A program made the translations under genes and the position numbers. Under the pieces are notes generated by a model. The model was not told where the DNA came from. It saw only the letters and a list, made by a program, of their open reading frames with translations, and ran no database searches. Positions 29,017-37,256 of a stretch of 64,000 bases of DNA are shown piece after piece. This DNA is from Minisyncoccota bacterium (GTDB lineage: Bacteria; Patescibacteriota; Minisyncoccia; UBA6257; 2-01-FULL-56-20). Within the stretch, counting starts at the first letter, position 1. Each line of letters starts with the position of its first letter. The stretch is taken from assembly GCA_035541415.1 (NCBI GenBank), contig DATKNI010000021.1, forward strand, positions 708-64,707, written 5' to 3'.

Positions 29017-30960
29017 ATGCCTCGCCGCGCACGAAAATACGACAACCTCGCTTTCGAAGATTCGATAAGCGACGACTGGGGCCACGACCTCACGATGGTC
29101 GAGGTTCCGCTCGGCAACAAGCCGCTGTGGATTCTCGGCGTCGTGGTTGCCGCCGTGAGCCTCGTCATCATCGGCCGCGTGATTTTTTTGAATGCTTCAA
29201 ACCGCTATTATGCGGCCCGCGCCGCGGCGAACGTCGCGCAATCCAATGAAACGCCGGCGCCGCGCGGCATCATCTATGACCGCGAAGGCGCGCCGCTCGT
29301 TGCGAACCAAGCCGTTTTCGCGGCATACTTCGACCCGCACGCGTTTATCGCAAACCAAGCCGCTCAGTCGGGGACCGTGCAAGCGGTTCAGTCCATCTTC
29401 GGCGTATCGTCCGACACGCTGTGGTCGATGATCCATGAAAGCGAAAACCAAGATTTTGCCACCCCCATCGTCCTTTCGGACAACCTCACCCAGAACCAGC
29501 TCGTCAATGTCCAGGCGGTGAATATCAATTTCCCGGCAATCAAGCTGAGGAGCGATTTCAAGCGGACGTATCCGAACGGGCCGATTTTCTCGTCGGTCGT
29601 CGGCTACATCGGCCACGTGACGCAAACCGACCTTCAGAATAATCAAAATCTTACCGCCCAAGATTTCGTCGGGAAAGCGGGCGTCGAAAAAGAATACGAC
29701 AGCACGCTCGAAGGCGTTCCCGGCGTGAACGTGCAATTCAAAAATGCGCAGGGGCAGGTGCTCCGCACCGAACAGCAATCAAATGCGGAAATCGGGCAGT
29801 CGGTTACGCTTACGATCGATGGAGGGTTGCAGAGCGTGCTGTACGCGCGTCTTGCGAGCGGCCTTCGCTCGCTCGGCCGGCACGTTGGCCTCGGCCTCGC
29901 CATTGATCCGCAGAACGGGCAAGTGCTCGCGCTCGTCAATCTTCCGGGATACGACAACAATGTTTTTTCAAACGCAGCATCGAACACGCTCGCGATCAAA
30001 GGCCTGCTCACGTCTTCCGATCGGCCGCTTTTCGACCGCGTCGTTTCTGGCAATTACAACCCCGGTTCAACGATCAAACCGCTCGACGGCGTCGCCATCA
30101 TCAAAGACGGCATCGTTGATCCGTCGCGGCAGATCTTCTCGAACGGTTTCCTCATGGTGCCGAACCCCTACAACTCATCGACGCCCACAAAATATGCCGA
30201 TTGGCGCTACCAGGGGAATGTGAATCTCGCATCCGCGCTCGCGCAGTCGTCCGACGTTTATTTTTACGTAACGGTTGGCGGCTCGCCGGTTTCGACGCCG
30301 ATGCTGAACGACCCGAGCGACTATGGCATCACGGGGCTCGGCATCACCGCGCTCAATGCCTGGTGGCAGAAGTTCGGACTTGGCAAAGAAACCGGGATCG
30401 ATCTTCCCGGCGAAGCGGATGGATTTTTGCCGACGCCGCAATGGAAGCAGGAGAAGTTGGGAACGCCGTGGCTCCTTGGCGACACGTACAACGTCGCGAT
30501 CGGCCAGGGCGATTTGCTCGTCACGCCGCTCCAGCTTTTGAGCTACATCGGCGCCATTGCGAACGGCGGAACGCTCTACCGGCCGTACGTAAACGCGAGC
30601 TCCACGCCGGCCGTGAACGGCGACCTCACGGCGCTTCTGCCGGAGATCAGGGACGTGCAGGAGGGCATGGCGCTTGGGGTAACTTCGCCGCTCGGCACGG
30701 CGTATACTTTGCATGACCTGCCGTTTTCCATCTGCGCCAAAACCGGCAGCGCGCAGGTGCACGACAACTCGCAGGAAAACGCTTTGTTCGTAGGCTACGC
30801 CCCATGCAATAATCCGCGCATTGCCTTGCTCATCCTCATCGAAAATTCAAAACAAGGGAGTCTGAACGCAGTCCCTATCGCCAGGGATGTTTTGAATTGG
30901 TATTATCAGAATAGATTGGCGCCGAACGCAGGATTGGGCGCCACGACGACCACGCCATGA
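29017..30960 (+). CDS. mrdA: Penicillin-binding protein 2 (class B)
   Basis: PRGIIYDR, PGSTIK (SxxK), SSD, KTGSAQ. Confidence 0.92.
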   Translation: MPRRARKYDNLAFEDSISDDWGHDLTMVEVPLGNKPLWILGVVVAAVSLVIIGRVIFLNASNRYYAARAAANVAQSNETPAPRGIIYDREGAPLVANQAVFAAYFDPHAFIANQAAQSGTVQAVQSIFGVSSDTLWSMIHESENQDFATPIVLSDNLTQNQLVNVQAVNINFPAIKLRSDFKRTYPNGPIFSSVVGYIGHVTQTDLQNNQNLTAQDFVGKAGVEKEYDSTLEGVPGVNVQFKNAQGQVLRTEQQSNAEIGQSVTLTIDGGLQSVLYARLASGLRSLGRHVGLGLAIDPQNGQVLALVNLPGYDNNVFSNAASNTLAIKGLLTSSDRPLFDRVVSGNYNPGSTIKPLDGVAIIKDGIVDPSRQIFSNGFLMVPNPYNSSTPTKYADWRYQGNVNLASALAQSSDVYFYVTVGGSPVSTPMLNDPSDYGITGLGITALNAWWQKFGLGKETGIDLPGEADGFLPTPQWKQEKLGTPWLLGDTYNVAIGQGDLLVTPLQLLSYIGAIANGGTLYRPYVNASSTPAVNGDLTALLPEIRDVQEGMALGVTSPLGTAYTLHDLPFSICAKTGSAQVHDNSQENALFVGYAPCNNPRIALLILIENSKQGSLNAVPIARDVLNWYYQNRLAPNAGLGATTTTP

Positions 30961-31970
30961 GTGAACTACGACAAGACATTATTTCAGGGGATTGGGTGAT
31001 CCTCGCCCCGGGGCGCGCCGCTCGCCCGAAATTTTTGGACGAAAAGAAAAAAGCGCGCACGCCGTCGCCCAAGGCCGCGTGCCCTTTTGAAAACCTTGAG
31101 AAATCCGGCAACTGGCCGCCGATTTTGGTATATCCGGGCAAAGACCTTTTGAATAATAAATGGAAGATCGCGGTGATCCGCAACAAATATCCGGCGCTCA
31201 TGCCGAGCAACGTGTGCTCCACGCCGACCGAACACGGCATGTACCACGGCATGACGGGCATCGGCGCGCACAACCTCATCATCACGCACGACCATTATAA
31301 AAACTTCGCGGATCTTGAGCCCGCGATGGCGGCAAAGCTCCTCGAGACCATTCAGACGTGCCACATGCTCGCGGCGGAAGACCGGTGCGCCGAATATGTT
31401 TCATCGTTTTTCAACTGGGGTCCTGGTTCCGGCGCATCAATCTGGCACCCGCATTATCAGGTGCTCGTTTTGCCGATGGTTCCTGCGCATACCGTCCATT
31501 CGCTCCGCGGCGCACACCGCTACTTCGAAAAGCATAAACGCTGCGTGCGGTGCGATATGATCAAGAGCGAGAAGAAGGAAAAGACGCGCATCATCGAGGA
31601 GAACAAATATGCCATCGCGTTCGCGCCCTATGCGTCCAAGCATCCGCTCGAAGTCGCGATCCTGCCCAAGAAGCACGAATCTTCGTTCCGCGGCGCCTCG
31701 AAGGCGGTCATTGCCGGAACGGCTGAACTTCTGCAATCCGTGATGAAGCGCATCAAAAAATATGCGAATGACCCCGATTTGAATTTCTTCGTGCATGACG
31801 CCCCGCTCACCCACGGCAACTACCGCCACCGAGACTACCGATACCATCACTGGCACATTGAAGTGATCCCGAAGATTTCGACGGCCGCCGGATTCGAGCT
31901 TTCCACGTGGATCGACATCAATACGGTTGACCCGGACCATGCCGCAGCAATTCTCCGCGGCAAGAAATAA
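30957..31970 (+). CDS. galT: Galactose-1-phosphate uridylyltransferase-like HIT protein
   Basis: MSELRQDIISGDWVI...RAARP, CPF, NKYPAL, GASIWHPHYQ, AGFELST. Confidence 0.85.
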   Translation: MSELRQDIISGDWVILAPGRAARPKFLDEKKKARTPSPKAACPFENLEKSGNWPPILVYPGKDLLNNKWKIAVIRNKYPALMPSNVCSTPTEHGMYHGMTGIGAHNLIITHDHYKNFADLEPAMAAKLLETIQTCHMLAAEDRCAEYVSSFFNWGPGSGASIWHPHYQVLVLPMVPAHTVHSLRGAHRYFEKHKRCVRCDMIKSEKKEKTRIIEENKYAIAFAPYASKHPLEVAILPKKHESSFRGASKAVIAGTAELLQSVMKRIKKYANDPDLNFFVHDAPLTHGNYRHRDYRYHHWHIEVIPKISTAAGFELSTWIDINTVDPDHAAAILRGKK

Positions 31971-31973
31971 GAC

Positions 31974-32315
31974 ATGAAAAATATATTAAAACATCGGACG
32001 GTGAGCGCGATTTTCTTGCTTGCCCTGCTTTTTGCGCTCGGCGGCGGCTTGTGGGCCTATTTTTCGCTCTCTGCCCTTGGCACGGGGCCTTTCATTTTGC
32101 ATTTCAATGACATGTTCGGCATAACGTCGGTCGGTGATATCCAGCCGATCGCCGCGATGGCGGTTCTCGGCGTCGTTGTCGTCGTTATGAACTTCTTTAT
32201 TGCGCTCGAACTTGAGGACCGGGATGGTTTCTTGGGCAAAATCGCCGCCATGGGGACCCTCGTTTTCGCCGTCTTGCTTTTTGTGGCGTTTGCGGCTATT
32301 ATTAACGTCAATTGA
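31974..32315 (+). CDS. Three-TM membrane protein
   Basis: Three hydrophobic helices, ILHFNDMFGI loop; in operon. Confidence 0.75.
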   Translation: MKNILKHRTVSAIFLLALLFALGGGLWAYFSLSALGTGPFILHFNDMFGITSVGDIQPIAAMAVLGVVVVVMNFFIALELEDRDGFLGKIAAMGTLVFAVLLFVAFAAIINVN

Positions 32316-32318
32316 CCT

Positions 32319-32621
32319 ATGGCAGATTTCGCAATCATCCAGACGGGCGGCAAGCAATACAAGGTTGTCGCCGGCCAAAAATTGAAGGTTGAAAAGCTCG
32401 ACCCGAAAGGGGATACGGCTTCTTTCGACGTCTTGCTCCGCGTGACGGGAGACAAGGTTGAGATCGGCGCCCCGAAGCTTTCGGCTTCGGCGCAAGGACG
32501 CCTGGTCCGCGCGGTCCGTGGGGAGAAAAAGATCATCTTCAAATACCATTCCAAGACGCGGTTTCGCAAAAAGAAAGGGCATCGGCAGGATTACACCGAA
32601 ATCGAAATCGTAAAAATATAA
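32319..32621 (+). CDS. rplU: 50S ribosomal protein bL21
   Basis: FAIIQTGGKQYKV...KKKGHRQDYT. Confidence 0.97.
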   Translation: MADFAIIQTGGKQYKVVAGQKLKVEKLDPKGDTASFDVLLRVTGDKVEIGAPKLSASAQGRLVRAVRGEKKIIFKYHSKTRFRKKKGHRQDYTEIEIVKI

Positions 32622-32646
32622 ACAGCTCCGCAAGGAGCTGTTCCCG

Positions 32647-32675
32647 TTGCAAGACGCTTTGCGGCGGCCTATAGT
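32647..32675 (+). promoter_or_regulatory. Sigma-70 promoter
   Basis: TTGCAA-17-TATAGT. Confidence 0.6.
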
Positions 32676-32705
32676 AAATAGAGAAATTCCCCACGGAGGT
32701 ATGCT

Positions 32706-32996
32706 GTGGATCACATTCGCTTTTTGATTCGCGAAGGCGTCAGTGCCGAAAGACTTCAGAACCTGCTTGAAATATTGAGCAGCCACGATGACATTGCGGC
32801 GGCGAGACGCACGTTCCCAGAAGCTACCGACGGCAACAAGCTTCGGGATTGCTTTGCCTGTCTCGAAGATGACCGCGACCACGAAGCTGTAATGCAACAT
32901 CTCCGATCGATTCCCGAAATCGAGGATACGGAATACCGTCCCGACCGGGCGATCGACGGTAATCGATGGCGGCTCCTCATGGGCATGGATACATGA
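32706..32996 (+). CDS. Hypothetical protein (96 aa)
   Basis: GGAGGT RBS, GTG start, own promoter and terminator. Confidence 0.65.
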   Translation: MDHIRFLIREGVSAERLQNLLEILSSHDDIAAARRTFPEATDGNKLRDCFACLEDDRDHEAVMQHLRSIPEIEDTEYRPDRAIDGNRWRLLMGMDT

Positions 32997-33018
32997 CCAT
33001 GGAGCGAGATCGAGAATC

Positions 33019-33048
33019 AGCCGCCGGCCTTCTGCCGGCGGCTTTTTT
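33019..33048 (+). terminator. Intrinsic terminator
   Basis: AGCCGCCGGC-cttct-GCCGGCGGCT-TTTTT. Confidence 0.85.
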
Positions 33049-33080
33049 ATGCGCGCCTCCAATAATGGTAAAATCTCTTT

Positions 33081-33857
33081 ATGAGAAAAATATTGGCGGC
33101 AAATTGGAAAGAAAATCCAAAATCGGAACGGAAGGCGCTCGAACTTTTCAGGAGGACAAGCCATGGCGCGAACGGAAAGCGGGTATCGCTCATGTTCTGC
33201 CCGCCGTTCCTTTTTCTTGAAATGGTCGCCGGCGCCTTCAAGAAGCTCAAATTCAAAAAGAATATTTCGCTCGGCGCGCAAGACGTCTTTTGGGAAGAAG
33301 CCGGACCATATACCGGCGAGGTCGGTCCGCAGATGCTCAAGTCGCTCGGCGTTCGCCACTCGATCGTCGGCCATTCGGAGCGGAGGATATGGCTTCATGA
33401 AACGGATGCCATGATCAATAAGAAAATAAAAACGGCGCACCGCGACGGCATCGGAATCATCCTGTGCGTCGGCGAATCGCTTGCCATCCGCAAAAAGGGA
33501 AGCGCGGCCGCAAAGGCATTCATTAAATTGCAATTAAAAAAAGATCTTGCCGGGATTCCCGGAAAATCATTCAAAAAAGGTTCGCTCATCGTGGCGTATG
33601 AGCCGATATGGGCCATCGGGACCGGCCGTTCGGCGAAACCTCGCGATGCGGCAGACGTTATATCATCCATAAAGAAAGAGTTGGATGCGTTGGGCGTGAA
33701 GGGCGCTCCGGTGCTCTATGGGGGATCGGTCAATGCGAACAACGTTGCCGATTTTGTACAATTAGATGAGATTGACGGCGCCTTGGTTGGTGGTGCGAGT
33801 CTAAAGGCCGATGAGTTCAAAAAAATGATCACTGCGGTTGCAAAAGTTTCGAAATAA
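33081..33857 (+). CDS. tpiA: Triosephosphate isomerase
   Basis: AANWK, YTGEV, GHSERR, AYEPIWAIGTG, LYGGSV, LVGGASL. Confidence 0.97.
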   Translation: MRKILAANWKENPKSERKALELFRRTSHGANGKRVSLMFCPPFLFLEMVAGAFKKLKFKKNISLGAQDVFWEEAGPYTGEVGPQMLKSLGVRHSIVGHSERRIWLHETDAMINKKIKTAHRDGIGIILCVGESLAIRKKGSAAAKAFIKLQLKKDLAGIPGKSFKKGSLIVAYEPIWAIGTGRSAKPRDAADVISSIKKELDALGVKGAPVLYGGSVNANNVADFVQLDEIDGALVGGASLKADEFKKMITAVAKVSK

Positions 33858-33873
33858 ATTAATCACTACACGA

Positions 33874-34629
33874 ATGGATAAAGGAAAATTATATTTTTGG
33901 ATTTTGTTGGATATCGTTCTCGTGCTCATCATTGTTGGTGCGGTATTTTTCGGCGCTCCGGCGCTTATGGCTATGAAAGCTTCGTATCCGCCGGCGCGGG
34001 TGATCACCGTAAGCGCGCAGGGCAAGACGTCGGCGACTCCGGATCTCGCGGAAATTTCTTTCTCGGTGGTTACCCAGGGAACCAATCCCGATACGCTTAC
34101 GCAAAATAATGTTGAAAAGATGAATGCCGTCCTCCAGTTCGTAAAGTCGGAGGGCATTTCGGCGAGCGACACCGCGACAACGGGATACGATCTTGAGCCC
34201 ACCTATCAATACGACAAAAATTACAACCGCCAGTACATCATCGGCTATCAGTTGACGCAAACGGTGACGCTCAAAATCCACGACTTCACGAAGGTGGCCC
34301 CGGTCTTGGGCGGTCTCGCGCCGCTCGGCGTGAACCAGATCGGCGGCGTGAACTTTACGTTCAACGACCAGGATTCCTTGATCGGACCGGCCCGCGACCA
34401 GGCTATCGCAAAAGCAAAAACGAAGGCGCAGGAAATGGCGGCCGCTTCGGGCGCCACGCTCGGCCCCGTCGTGAACATTGCGGAAAGCGGAGTAATTCCG
34501 CCGCCGTACTACGATAAGCTCGCGTACGGCATGGGGAGCGCTTTGGCGGCTAACGTTCCAACCCCGAATATCCAGCCCGGCACGCAGGACATTACTGACA
34601 CGGTGACAATCACGTACGCACTGCAATAA
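33874..34629 (+). CDS. SIMPL (DUF541) domain protein
   Basis: N-terminal TM, ITVSAQGKTSATPDLAEISFSV, GATLG, IQPGTQDIT.TVTITY. Confidence 0.9.
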   Translation: MDKGKLYFWILLDIVLVLIIVGAVFFGAPALMAMKASYPPARVITVSAQGKTSATPDLAEISFSVVTQGTNPDTLTQNNVEKMNAVLQFVKSEGISASDTATTGYDLEPTYQYDKNYNRQYIIGYQLTQTVTLKIHDFTKVAPVLGGLAPLGVNQIGGVNFTFNDQDSLIGPARDQAIAKAKTKAQEMAAASGATLGPVVNIAESGVIPPPYYDKLAYGMGSALAANVPTPNIQPGTQDITDTVTITYALQ

Positions 34630-34638
34630 ATCATCGCC

Positions 34639-35265
34639 ATGAACCGAAAAGATTGGACAGCGATCCTCATCATTGGCGGCGGCGTCGGCTTGCTCATCCA
34701 GCCGATCCTCGCCAACAACATCCCGGCGCAATATCTGCCGTATCTCACGGCGCCCGCGCGCATCGGCATCTTTGTTTTCTTCCTGCTCTTTGCGCCGCTT
34801 GCGCTCGCGATAGCGCGGGCCGTGAGCCGTTGGATAAAAAGCTTATACCAATTCGCCGAGTTTGCAGCGGTGGGGACCCTGAACAGCTTTATCGACGTCG
34901 GCGTTCTCAATCTGGAAACGTTTTTCTACGGCGGCGTTGTCGGCACCGCGCTCTTCGCCGCATTCAAAGCGGTCTCATTCCTCTGCGCGACGACAAACAG
35001 TTTCCTTTGGAACAAATATTGGACGTTCAATTCCACGGAGAAGGCGACCGCCGGACAAGTGGGCGGATTTTATAGCATAGCGATCGTCGGCTGGGTGCTG
35101 AACGTCGGCGCGGCAACGTTCGTGAAAGCGATCGGTCCAGCCGACTCGCATGTGTGGGTGAATATCGTCGCTCCGGTTGCCGGCATCGCTGTTTCTTTTG
35201 CGTGGAACTTTATCGGTTACAAATATTGGGTTTTCAAGAAGAAGGAAACACTCCCGGCCGCCTAG
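34639..35265 (+). CDS. GtrA family membrane protein
   Basis: QFAEFAAVGTLNSFIDVG, NSFLWNKYWTF, WNFIGYKYWVF. Confidence 0.9.
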   Translation: MNRKDWTAILIIGGGVGLLIQPILANNIPAQYLPYLTAPARIGIFVFFLLFAPLALAIARAVSRWIKSLYQFAEFAAVGTLNSFIDVGVLNLETFFYGGVVGTALFAAFKAVSFLCATTNSFLWNKYWTFNSTEKATAGQVGGFYSIAIVGWVLNVGAATFVKAIGPADSHVWVNIVAPVAGIAVSFAWNFIGYKYWVFKKKETLPAA

Positions 35266-35277
35266 GTCGTTCGGCGC

Positions 35278-35400
35278 TTGCAATTTTCCGAAAGCCCTGC
35301 TATAATAGGTTACGAATGAGTGTGAGTGTGCTTATTTATTAAAGAACACATTCCCTCCGTTCTATTTGACCAAAGAGGCCCCTCACGGGGCTTTTTTGGT
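35278..35400 (+). ncRNA. Candidate ~85-nt small RNA with its own promoter and terminator
   Basis: TTGCAA-17-TATAAT (35278-35306); terminator ACCAAAGAGGCCCC-tcac-GGGGCTTTTTTGGT (35369-35400); only an 8-codon ORF inside. Confidence 0.45.
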
Positions 35401-35456
35401 TGCATTTTTCGGTTTTTGTACAACTCGCCTGCATAAAAATCTGGTATACTACTCAT

Positions 35457-35566
35457 GGAGCAGCTGGAGAGCACTCGTTCAATATCAAATAGAACCGGAG
35501 GTCACCACAGCCGCTCCGCCCAGCACTTTGGGAGACGCACGAGTTTTGGGCGGAGCGGCCGTTTTT
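35457..35566 (+). promoter_or_regulatory. Candidate attenuator or riboswitch leader of murB
   Basis: TGnTATACT at 35442-35450; 13-bp stem 35510-35522/35547-35559 plus U-tract; competing pairing 35457-35466/35508-35517. Confidence 0.5.
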
Positions 35567-35572
35567 ATTTCA

Positions 35573-36547
35573 ATGGGAAAAACATTCCAGGAAGGAATTC
35601 CTCTCGCAAACTACAGCCATTACAAAATCGGCGGGCCAGCCCGTTATTTTTTTAATGCAACAACGGAACAAGAAATCGCGTGGGCGATCAAAGAAGCCAA
35701 AAAGCGCCGCGTCAACGTTTTCATTTTGGGCGGCGGCACCAATCTCTTGATGAGCGACCGCGGCTTTGACGGGCTCGTGATCCGCCCCGACGTGAGGACG
35801 CTCACGGCAAAGGGGACGACGGTGCGGGTGGGCGCCGGCGTTCTCATGGCCGACCTCCTTGATTTCACCGTGAAGAAATCGCTTGCCGGATTCGAATGGG
35901 CGGGCGGATTGCCGGGGACGCTCGGCGGCGCCGTGCGCGGAAACGCCGGGTGCTTCGGCGGGGAAATCAAAGACGCCATCGTCTCGGTGCGGAGCCTCGA
36001 TACCAAAACCATGAAGATCATAAAGCGGTCGGCGAGGGCATGCCGATTTGCCTACCGCACGAGCATCTTCAAAGAAAAAAACGGGCGCGAAATTATTCTC
36101 GATGCCACGTTCAAGCTTGCAAAAGGCAATGCGCGCGCGATCGCAACGAGCATCAAGGAAAAAATCGCCTACCGCGCAAAGCACCATCCGCTGGAACATC
36201 CGAACATCGGCAGCACGTTCAAAAATATTCCTTTGCACGCGATCCATAAAAAGGGAAGCAAGGAATTTGCGGCGGCGATCGCGTCCGCAAAACTGGTCTT
36301 CCACGGCTCGGAATTTTCCGTGAAGATGGATCCGTTCCCGGTGATTTCCGCGGCGAAGCTCATCGGCGAAGCGGGCCTGCGCGGCGTGAGCTTCGGCGGC
36401 GCGATGATTTCGCCCAAGCATCCCAATTTCATCGTGAACGTCCTCGGCGCGAACGCGGAAGACGTGATGGTGCTCATCAATCTTGCGAAGACAAGAGTCG
36501 GGGAGCGATTTGGTGTAGAATTAGAAGAGGAGGTGCAGATCCTCTAG
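35573..36547 (+). CDS. murB: UDP-N-acetylenolpyruvoylglucosamine reductase
   Basis: KIGGPA, LGGGTNLL, GLPGTLGGAVRGNAG, GSTFKN, KHPNFIVN, LEEEV. Confidence 0.96.
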   Translation: MGKTFQEGIPLANYSHYKIGGPARYFFNATTEQEIAWAIKEAKKRRVNVFILGGGTNLLMSDRGFDGLVIRPDVRTLTAKGTTVRVGAGVLMADLLDFTVKKSLAGFEWAGGLPGTLGGAVRGNAGCFGGEIKDAIVSVRSLDTKTMKIIKRSARACRFAYRTSIFKEKNGREIILDATFKLAKGNARAIATSIKEKIAYRAKHHPLEHPNIGSTFKNIPLHAIHKKGSKEFAAAIASAKLVFHGSEFSVKMDPFPVISAAKLIGEAGLRGVSFGGAMISPKHPNFIVNVLGANAEDVMVLINLAKTRVGERFGVELEEEVQIL

Positions 36548-36590
36548 CAACGGCAGCCGGAATGCTCCGTACTATAAACCAACAAAAACC

Positions 36591-36926
36591 ATGAAAATCA
36601 ACATCACCAAAACAAGCGATTTGACCCCGTCCCTCATGACCTATATCGAAGACAAGCTCGGCGGCCTCGCCAAGTTCGTCAAGCATTTTGACGAAACCGG
36701 CGAAGCGGAAATCTGGCTTGAGATTTCGCGCACGACGGAGCACCACCGCAAAGGAAACGTATTCAAAGCGGCGGCCGACCTCCGGCTTCCCAAAAAAATT
36801 TTGCGCGCGGAAGAATATGCCGAAGACATTCGTGTGGCGATCGATCGCGCGCGCAATACGCTGCATCTCGAGATAGAAAAATACAAAACAAAATTGGAAA
36901 AGCCGCGCCGCGAGCAGAGAAAATAA
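36591..36926 (+). CDS. raiA: Ribosome hibernation factor (short HPF/RaiA)
   Basis: MKINITKTSDLTPSLMTYIEDKL...AEEYAEDIRVAID; upstream of secA. Confidence 0.9.
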   Translation: MKINITKTSDLTPSLMTYIEDKLGGLAKFVKHFDETGEAEIWLEISRTTEHHRKGNVFKAAADLRLPKKILRAEEYAEDIRVAIDRARNTLHLEIEKYKTKLEKPRREQRK

Positions 36927-36953
36927 TTTTTCATCGAGCGATCGACTCGCGAG

Positions 36954-36962
36954 TTATCCACA
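36954..36962 (+). promoter_or_regulatory. DnaA box
   Basis: Exact TTATCCACA. Confidence 0.5.
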
Positions 36963-37092
36963 GCACTCGCGAATTTTATTTTCTATACTGAATGTATAGG
37001 TAAATTTTCGAACTGCGAGGCCACGCGCCCGGTTTGAAAAAATAATTGGGGTGGTCGGCAACCCAATCAAATCAAAAATTAAAAAAACCGTC

Positions 37093-37170
37093 ATGGCCAA
37101 GAAAAAGAAGGCTGCGAAGAAGCGCAAGACGACGAAGAAGAAAGCAAAGAAGTCGAAGCGCCGCAGATAG
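37093..37170 (+). CDS. 25-aa Lys/Arg-rich peptide (not in ORF track)
   Basis: MAKKKKAAKKRKTTKKKAKKSKRRR; A-rich leader before the ATG, TATACT upstream, strong terminator right after the stop. Confidence 0.7.
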   Translation: MAKKKKAAKKRKTTKKKAKKSKRRR

Positions 37171-37180
37171 CATTGACTTG

Positions 37181-37216
37181 AAAATGTCCCGGAGCAATCC
37201 GGGACATTTTGTTTTT
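37181..37216 (+). terminator. Intrinsic terminator
   Basis: AAAATGTCCCGGA-gcaa-TCCGGGACATTTT-GTTTTT. Confidence 0.85.
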
Positions 37217-37256
37217 GCGGCTTCTCCAAAAGCTTGGAATGCGGTATAATATGCCC

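Noticed and set aside
35366-35572. Long N-terminal extensions in the ORF track (murB; also tsaC, uvrA, secA, proS, FKBP, 50470 ORF)
   Set aside because: They cross promoters, terminators or neighbouring genes; family similarity starts at downstream ATGs
35455-35655. 66-aa ORF as a murB leader peptide
   Set aside because: Overlaps murB out of frame and has no regulatory codon run; the RNA-structure explanation is simpler, though this is not excluded
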